Positions 1 to 10,992 of a DNA stretch of 64,000 nucleotides are shown here, in pieces. The DNA comes from Bradyrhizobium sp. Lineage in GTDB: Bacteria; Pseudomonadota; Alphaproteobacteria; Rhizobiales; Xanthobacteraceae. The notes under the pieces were generated by a model that saw nothing but the letters and a program-made list of their open reading frames with translations, was not told the DNA's origin and did no database searches. The translations under genes and the position numbers were made by a program. The stretch is taken from positions 3,202 to 67,201 of the forward strand of contig NZ_DASYMN010000102.1 in the NCBI RefSeq assembly GCF_036009065.1, read 5' to 3'. The first letter of the stretch is position 1. Each line of letters starts with the position of its first letter.

Positions 1-2
1 TG

Positions 3-452
3 TTCGTGCGCGGCGTCGGGCCGATCGGCTATCCCGGCGGCGCGGAGGTGGTCAACATGCAGCCGCCCGCCGCGCTGATAAAAAAAGGCATCACCGCGTT
101 GCCGTGTATCGGCGACGGCCGTCAATCCGGCACCTCGGGATCGCCGTCGATCCTCAACGCTTCGCCCGAAGCCGCCGCGAACGGCGGTCTCGCTGTGCTC
201 AAAACCGGCGACCGCGTCCGCGTCGACCTTACAAAGGGCGAAGCCAACATTCTGATCTCCGCCGAGGAGCTGAAGCAGCGCTTCGCCGACCTGAAAGCGA
301 TGGGCGGGTTTCCGTATCCGAAGAACCAGACGCCGTGGCAGGAGCTGTACCGCGGCAACGTCGGCCAGCAATCCACTGGCGCCTGCCTCGAATTCGCAAC
401 CCGCTACCGCGACATCGCCGGCACCGTCGGCGTGGCGCGGGATAATCACTAG
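3..452 (+). CDS. IlvD/Edd-family dehydratase (sugar-acid dehydratase-like), C-terminal part; 5' end outside window
   Basis: GYPGGAEV and [24 protein letters not shown] motifs of the dihydroxy-acid/sugar-acid dehydratase C-terminal domain; frame open to window start. Confidence 0.88.
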   Translation, partial: FVRGVGPIGYPGGAEVVNMQPPAALIKKGITALPCIGDGRQSGTSGSPSILNASPEAAANGGLAVLKTGDRVRVDLTKGEANILISAEELKQRFADLKAMGGFPYPKNQTPWQELYRGNVGQQSTGACLEFATRYRDIAGTVGVARDNH

Positions 453-460
453 GCAACTTC

Positions 461-548
461 GTCATTGCCGGGCTTGACCCGGCAATCCATCCTCTTCGAA
501 GACTCTTGCGAAGATTGATGGATACGCGGGTCAAGCCCGCGTATGACG
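461..548. repeat. REP-like palindromic intergenic repeat (GTCATTGCCGGGCTTGACCCGGCAATCC...GGGTCAAGCCCGCGTATGAC)
   Basis: Two inverted arms, each with an internal hairpin, between stop 452 and start 575. Confidence 0.8.
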
Positions 549-574
549 CATCGAACAATAAACGGAGGAAATAG

Positions 575-1309
575 ATGTCCAACCGCCTGAAAGGCAAACG
601 CGCATTCGTGACTGCGGGCGCGGTGGGGATCGGCCGCGCCTGCGCCACAGCCTTTGCGCGCGAGGGCGCGGAAGTGTTCGCCACCGACATCGACGAGGAA
701 AAACTGGCGCTGCTGAAAAAGGACGGCATCTCCGATGTCGCAAAGCTCGACGTGCGCGACAGCACCGCGGTCGAGGCCATGGCCAAGCGCGTCGGCAAGG
801 TCGACATCCTGCTCAATGCCGCCGGCTTCGTGCATCACGGCACCGTGCTGGAATGCTCCGATGCCGACTGGGATTTTTCCTTCGACCTCAACGTCAAATC
901 GATGCACCGGACCATCCGCGCGTTCCTGCCGGGCATGCTGGAGGCCGGCCGCGGCTCGATCGTCAACATCTCCTCCGCCGCCGGCGTCTTCAAGGCCGCA
1001 CCCAACCGCTACGTCTACGGCGCGACCAAGGCCGCGGTCGCGGCGCTGACCCGGGCGGTCGCCGCCGATTTCATCACCAAGGGCATCCGTTGCAACGCCA
1101 TCTGCCCCGGCACCATCGAGACACCGTCGATGCTGGACCGCGCGGCCGCCACAGGGCCTGGCGGGCGCGAAATGTTCGTCAGCCGGCAGCCGATGGGACG
1201 GCTCGGGACCGCGGACGAGATCGGATCGCTCGCAGTGTACCTCGCGAGCGACGAGAGCGCATTCACCACGGGCGTCGCCCACATCATCGACGGCGGCTGG
1301 ACGCTGTGA
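575..1309 (+). CDS. SDR family oxidoreductase (2-keto-3-deoxy sugar-acid dehydrogenase-like)
   Basis: TAGAVGIG dinucleotide motif, NAAG, catalytic YGATK; GGAGG SD upstream. Confidence 0.88.
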   Translation: MSNRLKGKRAFVTAGAVGIGRACATAFAREGAEVFATDIDEEKLALLKKDGISDVAKLDVRDSTAVEAMAKRVGKVDILLNAAGFVHHGTVLECSDADWDFSFDLNVKSMHRTIRAFLPGMLEAGRGSIVNISSAAGVFKAAPNRYVYGATKAAVAALTRAVAADFITKGIRCNAICPGTIETPSMLDRAAATGPGGREMFVSRQPMGRLGTADEIGSLAVYLASDESAFTTGVAHIIDGGWTL

Positions 1310-1317
1310 TTGAGGCA

Positions 1318-1478
1318 CGTGCCCCGGACGCAGCGCAGCGCGCAGCCCTTGCGAAGCGGTGCGCTGCAGAGCCATAAGCGCGTTTACGCGCGTCTTCGAC
1401 GCGCTATGGCCCAGCTTGCCTAACCGGGGTCCCGGTTCTGCGGAGCGGCATCAGGAATGCCGCACCGCGTCCGGGACA
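1318..1478. repeat. Composite REP element (CGTGCCCCGGACGCAGCGC...GCGTCCGGGAC) with a nested 40-bp palindrome at 1371-1410
   Basis: Terminal inverted arms; same outer family as 32141-32245. Confidence 0.7.
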
Positions 1479-1510
1479 GGAGAATTGAATGCAACAATAA
1501 GGACTTCACC

Positions 1511-2257
1511 ATGAACAAAATCGACCTCAACAACCGCTGCGCCGTCGTCACCGGCGGTGCTCAAGGGTTTGGGCGCGCCATCACCGAGCGTTTCGTGGCG
1601 TCCGGAGCCAAAGTCGCGATCTGGGATCATGACCAGCCATTTGCGGAGAAGACCGCGAAAGAAATCGGCGCCGGCGTGACGGCGTTCAAGGTCGACGTCT
1701 CCGATCTCGCCGCTGTCGAAAAAGCCCGCGACGCCACCCTTGCCACCCTCGGCAAGATCGACATCCTGGTCAACAACGCCGGTATCGCCGGCATCAACAA
1801 GACGGTGTGGGAAACCGACCTCGACGAATGGCGCAAGGTGCTGCGCATCAACCTCGACGGCCCCTTCATCTGCTGCAAGGCGATCGTGCCGTCGATGGTG
1901 AAACAGAATTACGGCCGCATCGTCAACATCGCCTCGATCGCCGGCAAGGAGGGTAACCCCAACGCCGCGCACTACTCGGCCTCCAAGGCCGGACTGATCG
2001 CATTGACGAAATCGCTGGGCAAGGAGCTCGCCGGCCACGAGATCGCCGTCAATGCGGTCACGCCGGCTGCGGCAAAAACCGCGATCTTCGACCAGATGAC
2101 GCAAGAGCATATCAATTTCATGCTCTCCAAGATTCCGAAGGGCCGCTTCGTGCTGGTGGAAGAGCTGGCGGCGATGGTAGCGTGGCTGGCATCGGAGGAT
2201 TGCGCCTTCTCCACCGGCGCGGTGTTCGACATTTCCGGCGGCCGCGCAACGTACTGA
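1511..2257 (+). CDS. SDR family oxidoreductase (FabG-like)
   Basis: TGGAQGFG, NNAG, catalytic YSASK. Confidence 0.88.
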   Translation: MNKIDLNNRCAVVTGGAQGFGRAITERFVASGAKVAIWDHDQPFAEKTAKEIGAGVTAFKVDVSDLAAVEKARDATLATLGKIDILVNNAGIAGINKTVWETDLDEWRKVLRINLDGPFICCKAIVPSMVKQNYGRIVNIASIAGKEGNPNAAHYSASKAGLIALTKSLGKELAGHEIAVNAVTPAAAKTAIFDQMTQEHINFMLSKIPKGRFVLVEELAAMVAWLASEDCAFSTGAVFDISGGRATY

Positions 2258-2517
2258 TCCGGTTCGAAAGCCTGAAGAACCGGGGATTCCCGAGGCTTGA
2301 AGCGGTGCAACGACGAACAGCATGACGAACAGCAGCCGGTCAGCGCCGTCAGAAGCGGATCACTCCAGCGTTCCCGCAAAACAGCGATGCGATCATTCGT
2401 ATGGCGGCCGGCCCGATTTCATCGTTGAATACAGTCACACAGCGCGTTGGCCGGGTCAATTCGTGCTAACCTTGCCGCGGTGCACCTACCCGCCAATTGA
2501 ACTGAACGGACAATCGA

Positions 2518-3201
2518 TTGCCTGACATCAGCATCTACGACGTATCGGTTTGGGTATTGCCGCTGGTCATCGCCATCACCTTTCACGAGGCCGCCCACGG
2601 TTTCGTCGCGCACCGCCTCGGCGACAACACGGCCCTTGAACTCGGCCGCGTCAGTTTCAATCCGCTCAAGCACATCGACCCGTTCGGCACCCTTATATTG
2701 CCGGCTGTGCTGTTGCTGTCGCACTCGCCGTTTCTGTTCGGCTATGCCAAGCCGGTGCCGGTGAATTTTCGCGCCCTGCGCCATCCGCGGCTCGACATGG
2801 TCTGGGTGGCCCTCGCCGGGCCGGCGACGAACATCCTGCTGGCTGCACTGGCGGCATCGGCATTTCATCTCTTGAACCTGGTGCCCGACGGCGCCGCGCG
2901 GTGGGTTGCCGACAATCTCAAAAATGCGCTGGTCATCAATGTCGTCCTGGCGGTTTTCAACATGCTGCCGATCCCGCCGCTGGACGGCGGGCGGGTCGCG
3001 GTCGGATTGCTGCCGAACGTGCTGGCGGTCCCGCTTTCCCGGCTGGAGCCGTACGGAATGCTGATCCTGATTGGAATTCTGATCGTTCTTCCGCTCGCCG
3101 GTACGCAGTTCGGTCTAAATCTTGATGTTATTTCAGCGACACTTCGCACGTCGACCGGCTATGTCCTGAGGCTGTTGCTACTGCTGACCGGCAACACGTG
3201 A
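2518..3201 (+). CDS. Site-2 protease (peptidase M50) family protein
   Basis: HEAAH zinc motif, AGP and NMLPIPPLDG motifs, hydrophobic helices; TTG start. Confidence 0.9.
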   Translation: MPDISIYDVSVWVLPLVIAITFHEAAHGFVAHRLGDNTALELGRVSFNPLKHIDPFGTLILPAVLLLSHSPFLFGYAKPVPVNFRALRHPRLDMVWVALAGPATNILLAALAASAFHLLNLVPDGAARWVADNLKNALVINVVLAVFNMLPIPPLDGGRVAVGLLPNVLAVPLSRLEPYGMLILIGILIVLPLAGTQFGLNLDVISATLRTSTGYVLRLLLLLTGNT

Positions 3202-3264
3202 GTCCCATCATCTCCATGCCGCCCGAAAGAATTTGAGGCCGTTTTGATCAAAGCACCGGATAAA

Positions 3265-3669
3265 ATGATCGCACGCCGCGCCGACACCAAGGCGCGCGCG
3301 GATTTTGCGACCTGGAAAATGATGGCCAAGCTGAATGGCGCCTCGGCGCTTCCTGCCGAAGCCCAGCGATTCCTGGGCAGATACAACACGTTTCTCACCG
3401 AGATGACGGAATCCGAAGCGACCGACGCCACCATCAACCTTGTTTACAAAAGCTATTATGCGGAAATGGGCGGCGTCGGCACGCCGCCGGATGTTCGAGC
3501 CGGCCCGAACGATCCCGTGACCGACAACGTCACGGCCTTCAAACGGCCGCCCGCTTCGTGGCCAAAGCCGGCAAGCGCCGCTGCGCAAGCAAGGCCCCGG
3601 CTCCCGGTCGCGCTGATCTTCGCTTGCCTTGCCGCCGTCTATGTCGGATTTCGATATTTTTGGCGGTGA
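3265..3669 (+). CDS. Hypothetical protein with C-terminal membrane anchor
   Basis: High-GC3 ORF ending in hydrophobic LPVALIFACLAAVYVGFRYFWR. Confidence 0.65.
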   Translation: MIARRADTKARADFATWKMMAKLNGASALPAEAQRFLGRYNTFLTEMTESEATDATINLVYKSYYAEMGGVGTPPDVRAGPNDPVTDNVTAFKRPPASWPKPASAAAQARPRLPVALIFACLAAVYVGFRYFWR

Positions 3670-3674
3670 CGCGA

Positions 3675-4067
3675 ATGATCCGGGAAGGCGGTTGTCTGTG
3701 TGGAGCGGTTCGGTTCAAGGCCGAAGGTGAGCCGGTCAACGTCCGCATCTGCCATTGCCGCTTGTGCCAGAAGGCGATGGGCTCGCCGTTCTTTGCGCGC
3801 GCGCTGTTCGATCAGAAAATGCTGACGGTTGAAGGCGACACCGCCCGCTATGCCTCGTCGGAAGCTCTCGACCGGGTTTTTTGCAAAATCTGCGGCACCC
3901 GGCTGTTTGGCTGGCGAAAAAACGGAACGGTCGCGGGCGTCGCGCTTGCTGTTTTCGACGACCGCAACGCATTCGTGCCAACCGAGCATATCTGGGTCGC
4001 GGAAAAGATCGATTGGGTCAGGCTCGAGGATGGGCTGCCGCAATATCCGGGAACGGTCCCCTCTTAA
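3675..4067 (+). CDS. GFA (glutathione-dependent formaldehyde-activating / CENP-V) family protein
   Basis: GGCLCGAVRF, CHCRLCQK and FCKICGT zinc motifs. Confidence 0.9.
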   Translation: MIREGGCLCGAVRFKAEGEPVNVRICHCRLCQKAMGSPFFARALFDQKMLTVEGDTARYASSEALDRVFCKICGTRLFGWRKNGTVAGVALAVFDDRNAFVPTEHIWVAEKIDWVRLEDGLPQYPGTVPS

Positions 4068-4183
4068 AGCGTGACGCCTCCCAACCTTCAGTTCGGGCAA
4101 TTTGCCGCAATGACTGTACCGGCTGCCTGATGTTGGGCATGATGGCTGCCGGGACAAACATTCATCAGATCATTGGAGAGAAC

Positions 4184-5407
4184 ATGAAACGATCGATCGC
4201 AGCTTTGGTACTGACCACGAGTCTTGTGGTCGCCGGCAGCGCGCTGGCGCAAGGCAAGCTCGACAAGGTGGTAAAAGTCGGAAGCCTCGGCGACCAGTCC
4301 AGCCTTTATGCGGATATCGGCGGGCCGGGCTCGGCCGTTACCGCCCAGATGGCGATCGAGGATTCCGGATTGCTGGCCAAGGGCTGGAAGATCGACCTGA
4401 TCACGGCCGATCACCAGAACAAGCCCGACATCGGCACCAACATCGCCAAGCAATGGATCGACGTCGAGAAGGTCGATGTCGTGGTCGATCTTGCCAGCTC
4501 CGGCGTCGGGCTGGCAGTCGCCAACGTCGCGAAGGAGAAAAACATTGTCAATCTGAATTCCGGCTCGGCATCGTCCGATCTCACCGGCCTGCAGTGTTCG
4601 CCGAACACCGTGCACTGGGTTTACGACACCTACATGCTGGCGAACGGCACCGGCAAGGCGCTGGTCAAATCGGGCGGCGACAGCTGGTTCTTCCTGACCG
4701 CGGATTACGCGTTCGGCATGGCGCTGGAGCGCGACACCGCGGCGGTGGTCAAGGCCAATGGCGGACAGGTGCTCGGCGGCGTTAAGCATCCGCTCAATAA
4801 CTCCGACTTCTCCTCGTTTCTGCTGCAGGCGCAAAGCTCGAAGGCGAAGATCGTCGGCCTCGCCAATGCCGGCGGCGATACCACCAACGCGATCAAGCAG
4901 GCCGCGGAGTTCGGCATCGTTGCTGGCGGGCAGAAGCTTGCCGGAATGCTGATGTTCATCACCGACGTGCACGCGCTCGGGCTGAACGTCTCGCAGGGCC
5001 TGAATTTTACGGAAACGTTCTACTGGGACATGAACGACAAGACCCGGGCCTTCACCAGGCGCTTCAATGAGAAGTACAAGAAGAGCCCGCCGACCATGGT
5101 CCACGCCGGCGTGTATTCCTCGCTGATCCATTACTTCAAGGCGCTCGAAGCGCTCGGCGGCAATCCGCATGACGGCGCAGCGGTGGTCGCCAAGATGAAG
5201 GAAATGCCGACCGACGATCCGTTGTTCGGCGCAGGCTCTATCCGCGCCGACGGCCGCAAGATTCACCCCGCCTATCTGTTTGAGGTAAAGAAGCCCGCGG
5301 AATCGAAATACCCGTGGGATTACTACAAGCTGGTCGCTACCATCCCGGCCGACGAAGCGTTCATCCCGCTGGAGAAGAGTGTCTGCCCGATGGTCAAGAA
5401 GAGCTGA
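4184..5407 (+). CDS. Branched-chain amino acid-type ABC transporter substrate-binding protein (stand-alone)
   Basis: Signal peptide; DHQNKPD, HWVYDTY, TADYAFG motifs; GGAG SD. Confidence 0.9.
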   Translation: MKRSIAALVLTTSLVVAGSALAQGKLDKVVKVGSLGDQSSLYADIGGPGSAVTAQMAIEDSGLLAKGWKIDLITADHQNKPDIGTNIAKQWIDVEKVDVVVDLASSGVGLAVANVAKEKNIVNLNSGSASSDLTGLQCSPNTVHWVYDTYMLANGTGKALVKSGGDSWFFLTADYAFGMALERDTAAVVKANGGQVLGGVKHPLNNSDFSSFLLQAQSSKAKIVGLANAGGDTTNAIKQAAEFGIVAGGQKLAGMLMFITDVHALGLNVSQGLNFTETFYWDMNDKTRAFTRRFNEKYKKSPPTMVHAGVYSSLIHYFKALEALGGNPHDGAAVVAKMKEMPTDDPLFGAGSIRADGRKIHPAYLFEVKKPAESKYPWDYYKLVATIPADEAFIPLEKSVCPMVKKS

Positions 5408-5499
5408 GGCTCGTCCGGCTGTCGTTGAAATCCGTCATGGCCGACGCAAATATGCGTCGGCCATTGCGTTCGAATCGGGCCTCGTTGCCACGGAGCAAC

Positions 5500-5783
5500 A
5501 TGATGGATCAATCGCCGCGGATTGAAGCCGTCTCGGTAGCACAACCCGCCACATTGCGGTTGCGATGGCGGGGAAGACGCGCCGGCGACAGCGTCGATCT
5601 TACCGGCTGGATAGCTACCAGCGGACCGACGCTTGCTCCTCTGCGCGAGGCCCCGGTCTTTGCCAAGGCATCGGTCGGAATTACGGGGCCGCGGTGGTGT
5701 GGGAGGATGGCGACCTGGCTATTGATGCTGCGCATCTGAAGTTGCTGGCCGATGAAGAAAAAACCTCCGTCCACGACGGATGA
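5500..5783 (+). pseudogene. DUF2442-like protein, frameshifted near 5680
   Basis: PRIEAVSV...DLTGWIA...APLREAPVF in one frame continues as NYGAAVVWEDGDLAIDA in another. Confidence 0.55.
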
Positions 5784-5802
5784 ACCGGTTAGGCTGCGCC
5801 GC

Positions 5803-6597
5803 TCAACTCTTTCCCTTGACCCTGAAGATCACCGGCAGGGTGAAATTCAGGCCTTCGTCGGCGACCAGCGGCGGGGGCTGCGGCACCGGGTCGGAGCGTT
5901 TGACCATGGCCAGCGCTGCCTCGTCGAACGCGGTATCGCCCGATCCTTTGACGATGCTGGTCGAGAGCACGCGGCCGGTGCGATCGAGCACGAAGGCGAT
6001 CAGGATCTCGGCGGTCTTTTGCTGGCGCTGCGCGGGGTAACGCTTGTGCTTGTCGAGATGGGCGATCAATTCCTTGGTCCAGGTCGCGCGCATGCGCCGC
6101 GCGCTTTCGCCGGTGCCTGAGGCGGGCGCGACCGAGCGCGGGCCCTCGGGAATGGCTTCGGAGCTTGGCGTTGCCGTGGCTTCGGCCGCGACCGATTCCT
6201 GTGAGGCCTGGGTCTGCACCGCGGCGACCTCCTGCTCTTCCTTCTCCGGCTCCTTGATGTCGTTGGTGGTGACGACGCGGTCCGGTTCTTCGGTCTCGGT
6301 CGGCACCGCCTTGGGCAGATCGGTATCCGTGACCACCGCCTGCTGCTCGGCGAGCGCCGGGGAAGCGACGGAAGCGTCGGTATCCGGACCCGGCGGCAGA
6401 TCGGTCGCCTCCTGCCGCGGCGCCATCATCTCCAGCCCGATCTCGATTGCCGGCGCGCCGAGCGAGTCGTCGGGATCGTCGGTCTGCAAATGCGCGATCG
6501 CAAGCGCGGCGCAGCCGACATGGAGCGCGAGCGCGGCAACGCCTGCGAAAATCCAGAGCCGCCGGGACGGCCTTTGTTCGGTGTCGAGGTCAGGCAT
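5803..6597 (-). CDS. tonB: Energy transducer TonB
   Basis: N-terminal TM helix, Pro/Glu-rich linker, KRYP...GSG...FDEAAL...P.PP C-terminal domain; follows exbBD. Confidence 0.9.
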   Translation of the reverse strand: MPDLDTEQRPSRRLWIFAGVAALALHVGCAALAIAHLQTDDPDDSLGAPAIEIGLEMMAPRQEATDLPPGPDTDASVASPALAEQQAVVTDTDLPKAVPTETEEPDRVVTTNDIKEPEKEEQEVAAVQTQASQESVAAEATATPSSEAIPEGPRSVAPASGTGESARRMRATWTKELIAHLDKHKRYPAQRQQKTAEILIAFVLDRTGRVLSTSIVKGSGDTAFDEAALAMVKRSDPVPQPPPLVADEGLNFTLPVIFRVKGKS

Positions 6598-6612
6598 CTA
6601 GGTCGGCGCCAT

Positions 6613-7089
<477 letters not shown>

Positions 7090-7092
7090 TGG

Positions 7093-8061
7093 CTACTCCG
7101 CCGCCCGCGAATGCGTGCCGGAACTGACATGGGTACGGTCGAGATCGCGCGACAACAGCCGCCCGGCGGCGCCGGAGGCCCGGCTCACCAGTTCGAGATA
7201 GGTTTTGGTCACCCGCGCAAAGTGATTGTAGATGATGACGGCCGGGATCGCCGCGACCAGGCCGATCGCGGTGGCCAGCAGCGCCTCGGCGATGCCCGGC
7301 GCCACCACCGCGAGGTTGGTGGTCTGCGCCTTCGAAATCCCGATAAAGCTGTTCATGATGCCCCAAACCGTGCCGAACAGCCCGACGAAGGGCGAGGTCG
7401 CGCCGATGGTGGCGAGCAATCCCATCCCCAAGCGAATCCGCCGCGCCTCGGCGCGCATGATCTCGGCAAAACTCGACGCCGCGCGTTCCTTGATGCCGGT
7501 GTCGGACGAAATTCCCGCCGACAGCCGCGCCTCGCGCATTGCGGCAGCAAGAAACGATGACAGCACGCCCCGCTTGGCGCCGAGCGCGAATTGCGCCTCG
7601 GCCAGCGAACGGGAGTCGCTGATCTTGCCGAGCGCGGTCCTGAGCTTGCGCCGCGCCACCGCAAGCTCGATCATTTTGGCGATGAAGATCGTCCAGGTCA
7701 GCAGCGATGCGAAGGCAAGACCGATCATCACCGCCTTGACCAGGATGTCCGCCGACAGGAACATCGACCACGGCGACAATTCGCGCAGCGCTGCCGCCTC
7801 GGCTTTCAGCGGTCTGCTGCCGCTGTTGGTGAGAGATGCTGCGGATTCGCTCGCCGAAGGTGCCGGCGCCGGCTGAGCGACCGCGGGAGCTGGCTCCTGC
7901 GCCGCCGGCGCGGCGGGCGCCTGAATGGCGGGTTGGGTGACCGCGGGCATTTGCGCTGCCGGCGCGGGCGCCGTCCGCTGCGCAACCGATGGCGGCGCGA
8001 GCGACAGCATTGCAAGCGCGAGAATCACACCACAGGTCGCTCGAAAAACTGACACATTCAT
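7093..8061 (-). CDS. exbB: ExbB proton channel with Pro/Ala-rich N-terminal extension
   Basis: LATIGATSPFVGLFGTVWGIM and VAPGIAEALLATA motifs. Confidence 0.95.
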   Translation of the reverse strand: MNVSVFRATCGVILALAMLSLAPPSVAQRTAPAPAAQMPAVTQPAIQAPAAPAAQEPAPAVAQPAPAPSASESAASLTNSGSRPLKAEAAALRELSPWSMFLSADILVKAVMIGLAFASLLTWTIFIAKMIELAVARRKLRTALGKISDSRSLAEAQFALGAKRGVLSSFLAAAMREARLSAGISSDTGIKERAASSFAEIMRAEARRIRLGMGLLATIGATSPFVGLFGTVWGIMNSFIGISKAQTTNLAVVAPGIAEALLATAIGLVAAIPAVIIYNHFARVTKTYLELVSRASGAAGRLLSRDLDRTHVSSGTHSRAAE

Positions 8062-8496
8062 GCTTCGGCCCAGGTGCGGGATAGGTTATGATAGATACCG
8101 GTCAATTTGACCGTTTCAGGGTCATCTCGCCCAGGCCGCTCTACAACCGGCTCTTCGATGTCGACATCGAAGAGAACGCTGCGGGCGTGAGCATTCGATA
8201 CCATGCTCTGCACCCTGAAAAAAGCCGCAACACGTAACCCTCGCGTGAACACCTGCAAACCGGAACCTGGACCAGGTATGAGATGACGCGCCGGCGATTT
8301 GGTTCCTTAAGACCTAAATACCCCGCAACCCGGTCGGCACCAACTGCATTGCTCCGCGGCCTTTCTAGAACTCCTAAAATCTGGCGATCGCCGAAAGCCG
8401 CACGGGTCAGCGGCTGGCCGGGCACCATGCTGTTGTCGCCGCCCGGCCGCCGCCCGATAGCTCTTGTCGAGTTCGTGGAAATCGTAATGATCCTCG

Positions 8497-10860
8497 CTAG
8501 AAATTGGCTGTTGCGGACAGGCGAAACACGCGCGGCGACCCGGGGGTGATATTGTTGTTGCCGTCCGCGGTCGCAATGTAGCGGCGATCGAAGACGTTCT
8601 CGATGTTCAATTGTGCGCGCCACATCGCGTTGAAGCGATAATAGACGGCCGCGTCGACGCGGGTGAACTCCGGCAAGATGACCGTATCATCCGATGAAGC
8701 GAAGAAATTGGTGTAATGAATGACGCCGACGCCGGCTCCCCAGGCCGGGTTGAACTGATATCTGTTCCACAGCGCGAAGGTGTTGAAAGGCACCAGCCCG
8801 ACACGGTTGCCCGCGACGATCGTCGGCGAGGTGCTGCCGACGATCCGCGCATCGGTATAGGCATAGCCGCCCGTGATCTGCCAGGCATCCGTGACATACC
8901 CGGTCAGCGACGCCTCGAAGCCGCGCGTTCTTGTTGCGCCGCTCAGGATAAAGAAGCCGGCGTTGTTGGGGTCCGGAAGGCGCTGATTGGTGCGGTTCAG
9001 CTCGTACACGGCGGCGGCAAATTGAAGCCGGGGGAAGATGTCATATTTCAGTCCGACTTCCTTGTTCGCAAACTTTTCCGGCTCGGCAAGGACCAGGCCC
9101 GGAGAAAGCGCGCTGAACTGGTCGCCGGCGCTCGGCAGGTAGGAGACGCTGTAGCTGGTGTAGACGGCGAGATTTTCCATCGGTTTCAGCACCACGCCGG
9201 CGCGCGGGGAAACCAAATTGTCATCGCGGCCGAGGCTGATGCCGGTTCGGCGGTCGCGCGACTCCAGCCCAAAATGATCGAAGCGGACGCCGCCGATCAA
9301 CTGCAGGTACCGGGTAATTTCTATCTGGTCCTGCACATAGACGGCGCCCAGATCGAGTTTGTAAGTGTTGTTGGCGCCGGTCGCGATGTTGCGGAAGCTC
9401 ACCGGCACCAAGGACACCGGATTTCGCGGGTCGACCGTGATGGTGTTTGTCAAATTGTTGAAGAATCCGTCTTGCCGGAAATTCAAGCCATTCTGCCGTC
9501 CGACCTCGCCGCCGAACACGACGGTATGACGAATCGGGCCGGTGCCGAACCTGTAGGTAAGATCGGTCTGGTTGAACAGATTCTGCCGGTCGGTTTCGTT
9601 GTTGTACGCGGTCAGGTTGCTCGAAGTGCCCGCGACATTGACGGCGCCTGCATCGGCGCCGCCGCCGGGAAAGATGTTCTGGTAGAACTTGTCGTATCTG
9701 GCAAACTGGGACGCGTTCCTGATCGTCAGTCCGTTCTCGAAATCGTGCTCGACCACGGCATTTGCTATGTCGACGTCGGCAAGCGCGTAGTTGAGATCCG
9801 GATTGCCGAAGAACGTCGACGGCGACGTATTGTAAGGCATACGGGGGGAAACCCCGCCCGGCAGAATCTGCGAAGGAATGCCGCGGTCGGTGACCCGGCG
9901 GTCGTGCAGGTGCTCGTAGCTCAGTTTGACCACCGTGGTGTCGTTCGGTGCGAAGGTCGCGGTGGGATTGATTGCCCAGCGTTCCAGATTGACGAAATCC
10001 CGGTAGCTTTGGGTGTTCTCGTACATGGCGTTGAGCCGGAATGCCCAGTTCTCGTTGACCGCCTGACCGACGTCCGTCGTGACGCGGCCGCCGGGATAGG
10101 AGTTGCGGCCGACCGTTACCTCGCGAATGGTGGTGCCGTCGGCTTCCTTGAGCACGCGATTCACCACGCCGCCGCCACCGCCCCGACCGAAGATCAGCGC
10201 GTTCGGCCCCTTCAGGACTTCAAGGCGCTGCAGATTATAGAAGTCGCGGAAATACTGAACGTCGTCGCGAATCCCGTTGGTGTAGAAGTCGGCGTTGCTG
10301 CGTTGACCGCGGATGACCAGGTCGTCGCGGTTCGATTCGCCTTGATGGTAGATCACGCCGGGGACGTAGCGGACGGCCTCGCCGATCGACGTGAAGGCCT
10401 GGTCCTTGATGAATTCCTTGGTCAGCACCGAAACCGACGCCGGTATGTTGAGCAGCGCGGTGTTGGTCTTGGTTGCGCTCGACGTGCTCCCGGTGACGTA
10501 GCCGGTCTGTCCTGTCCGGGCGTCCTGCGGATTGACGCTGGGTTGCCGCGGCGCCTGCACCTGCTGCTGCACGGCAGGTCGCGTGGTCCGCGCCGCCCTC
10601 CGCGCACTGACTGGACGATGCTGCCGGGCGCGGCGCACACGCGGAGCGTCCGGAGCACCTACATACACCGGCGGCAGCGATGAGACTCGGGGCTTGGCGT
10701 CTTGCGCGGCCGTCGGCGTCACGCCGAGCGCTGCTGCGACTCCGAAGGCGACGATGCTTGTGGAGACGGATAGCGTCGCCCGCGAACACGCCGCCAAAAC
10801 CTTGCCGGAATAGCCGGCGGCAACCGGCCGCGACGACCTCGTTATTTTTGCTGTGCTCAT
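8497..10860 (-). CDS. TonB-dependent siderophore receptor
   Basis: Plug motifs (SATKT, IRG, EVLKGPNAL.FG), beta-barrel-like pattern, C-terminal aromatic residue (LSATANF). Confidence 0.93.
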   Translation of the reverse strand: MSTAKITRSSRPVAAGYSGKVLAACSRATLSVSTSIVAFGVAAALGVTPTAAQDAKPRVSSLPPVYVGAPDAPRVRRARQHRPVSARRAARTTRPAVQQQVQAPRQPSVNPQDARTGQTGYVTGSTSSATKTNTALLNIPASVSVLTKEFIKDQAFTSIGEAVRYVPGVIYHQGESNRDDLVIRGQRSNADFYTNGIRDDVQYFRDFYNLQRLEVLKGPNALIFGRGGGGGVVNRVLKEADGTTIREVTVGRNSYPGGRVTTDVGQAVNENWAFRLNAMYENTQSYRDFVNLERWAINPTATFAPNDTTVVKLSYEHLHDRRVTDRGIPSQILPGGVSPRMPYNTSPSTFFGNPDLNYALADVDIANAVVEHDFENGLTIRNASQFARYDKFYQNIFPGGGADAGAVNVAGTSSNLTAYNNETDRQNLFNQTDLTYRFGTGPIRHTVVFGGEVGRQNGLNFRQDGFFNNLTNTITVDPRNPVSLVPVSFRNIATGANNTYKLDLGAVYVQDQIEITRYLQLIGGVRFDHFGLESRDRRTGISLGRDDNLVSPRAGVVLKPMENLAVYTSYSVSYLPSAGDQFSALSPGLVLAEPEKFANKEVGLKYDIFPRLQFAAAVYELNRTNQRLPDPNNAGFFILSGATRTRGFEASLTGYVTDAWQITGGYAYTDARIVGSTSPTIVAGNRVGLVPFNTFALWNRYQFNPAWGAGVGVIHYTNFFASSDDTVILPEFTRVDAAVYYRFNAMWRAQLNIENVFDRRYIATADGNNNITPGSPRVFRLSATANF

Positions 10861-10992
10861 GACGCGCCCCTGAATTCAATTCGCTCACACCGTCACTTAG
10901 TGGTGACGCCCCAGGGTTTGGTATCGAGCGCGAAATTTCGGGTCAACGCGAATTGGTCCAATAACGGCGCGGGTTTGTTTGAATCTCTCCAG

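Noticed and set aside
8362-8380. Irr-box-like sequence upstream of exbB
   Set aside because: Half-site spacing is off by two bases, giving a poor match to the 17-bp consensus.
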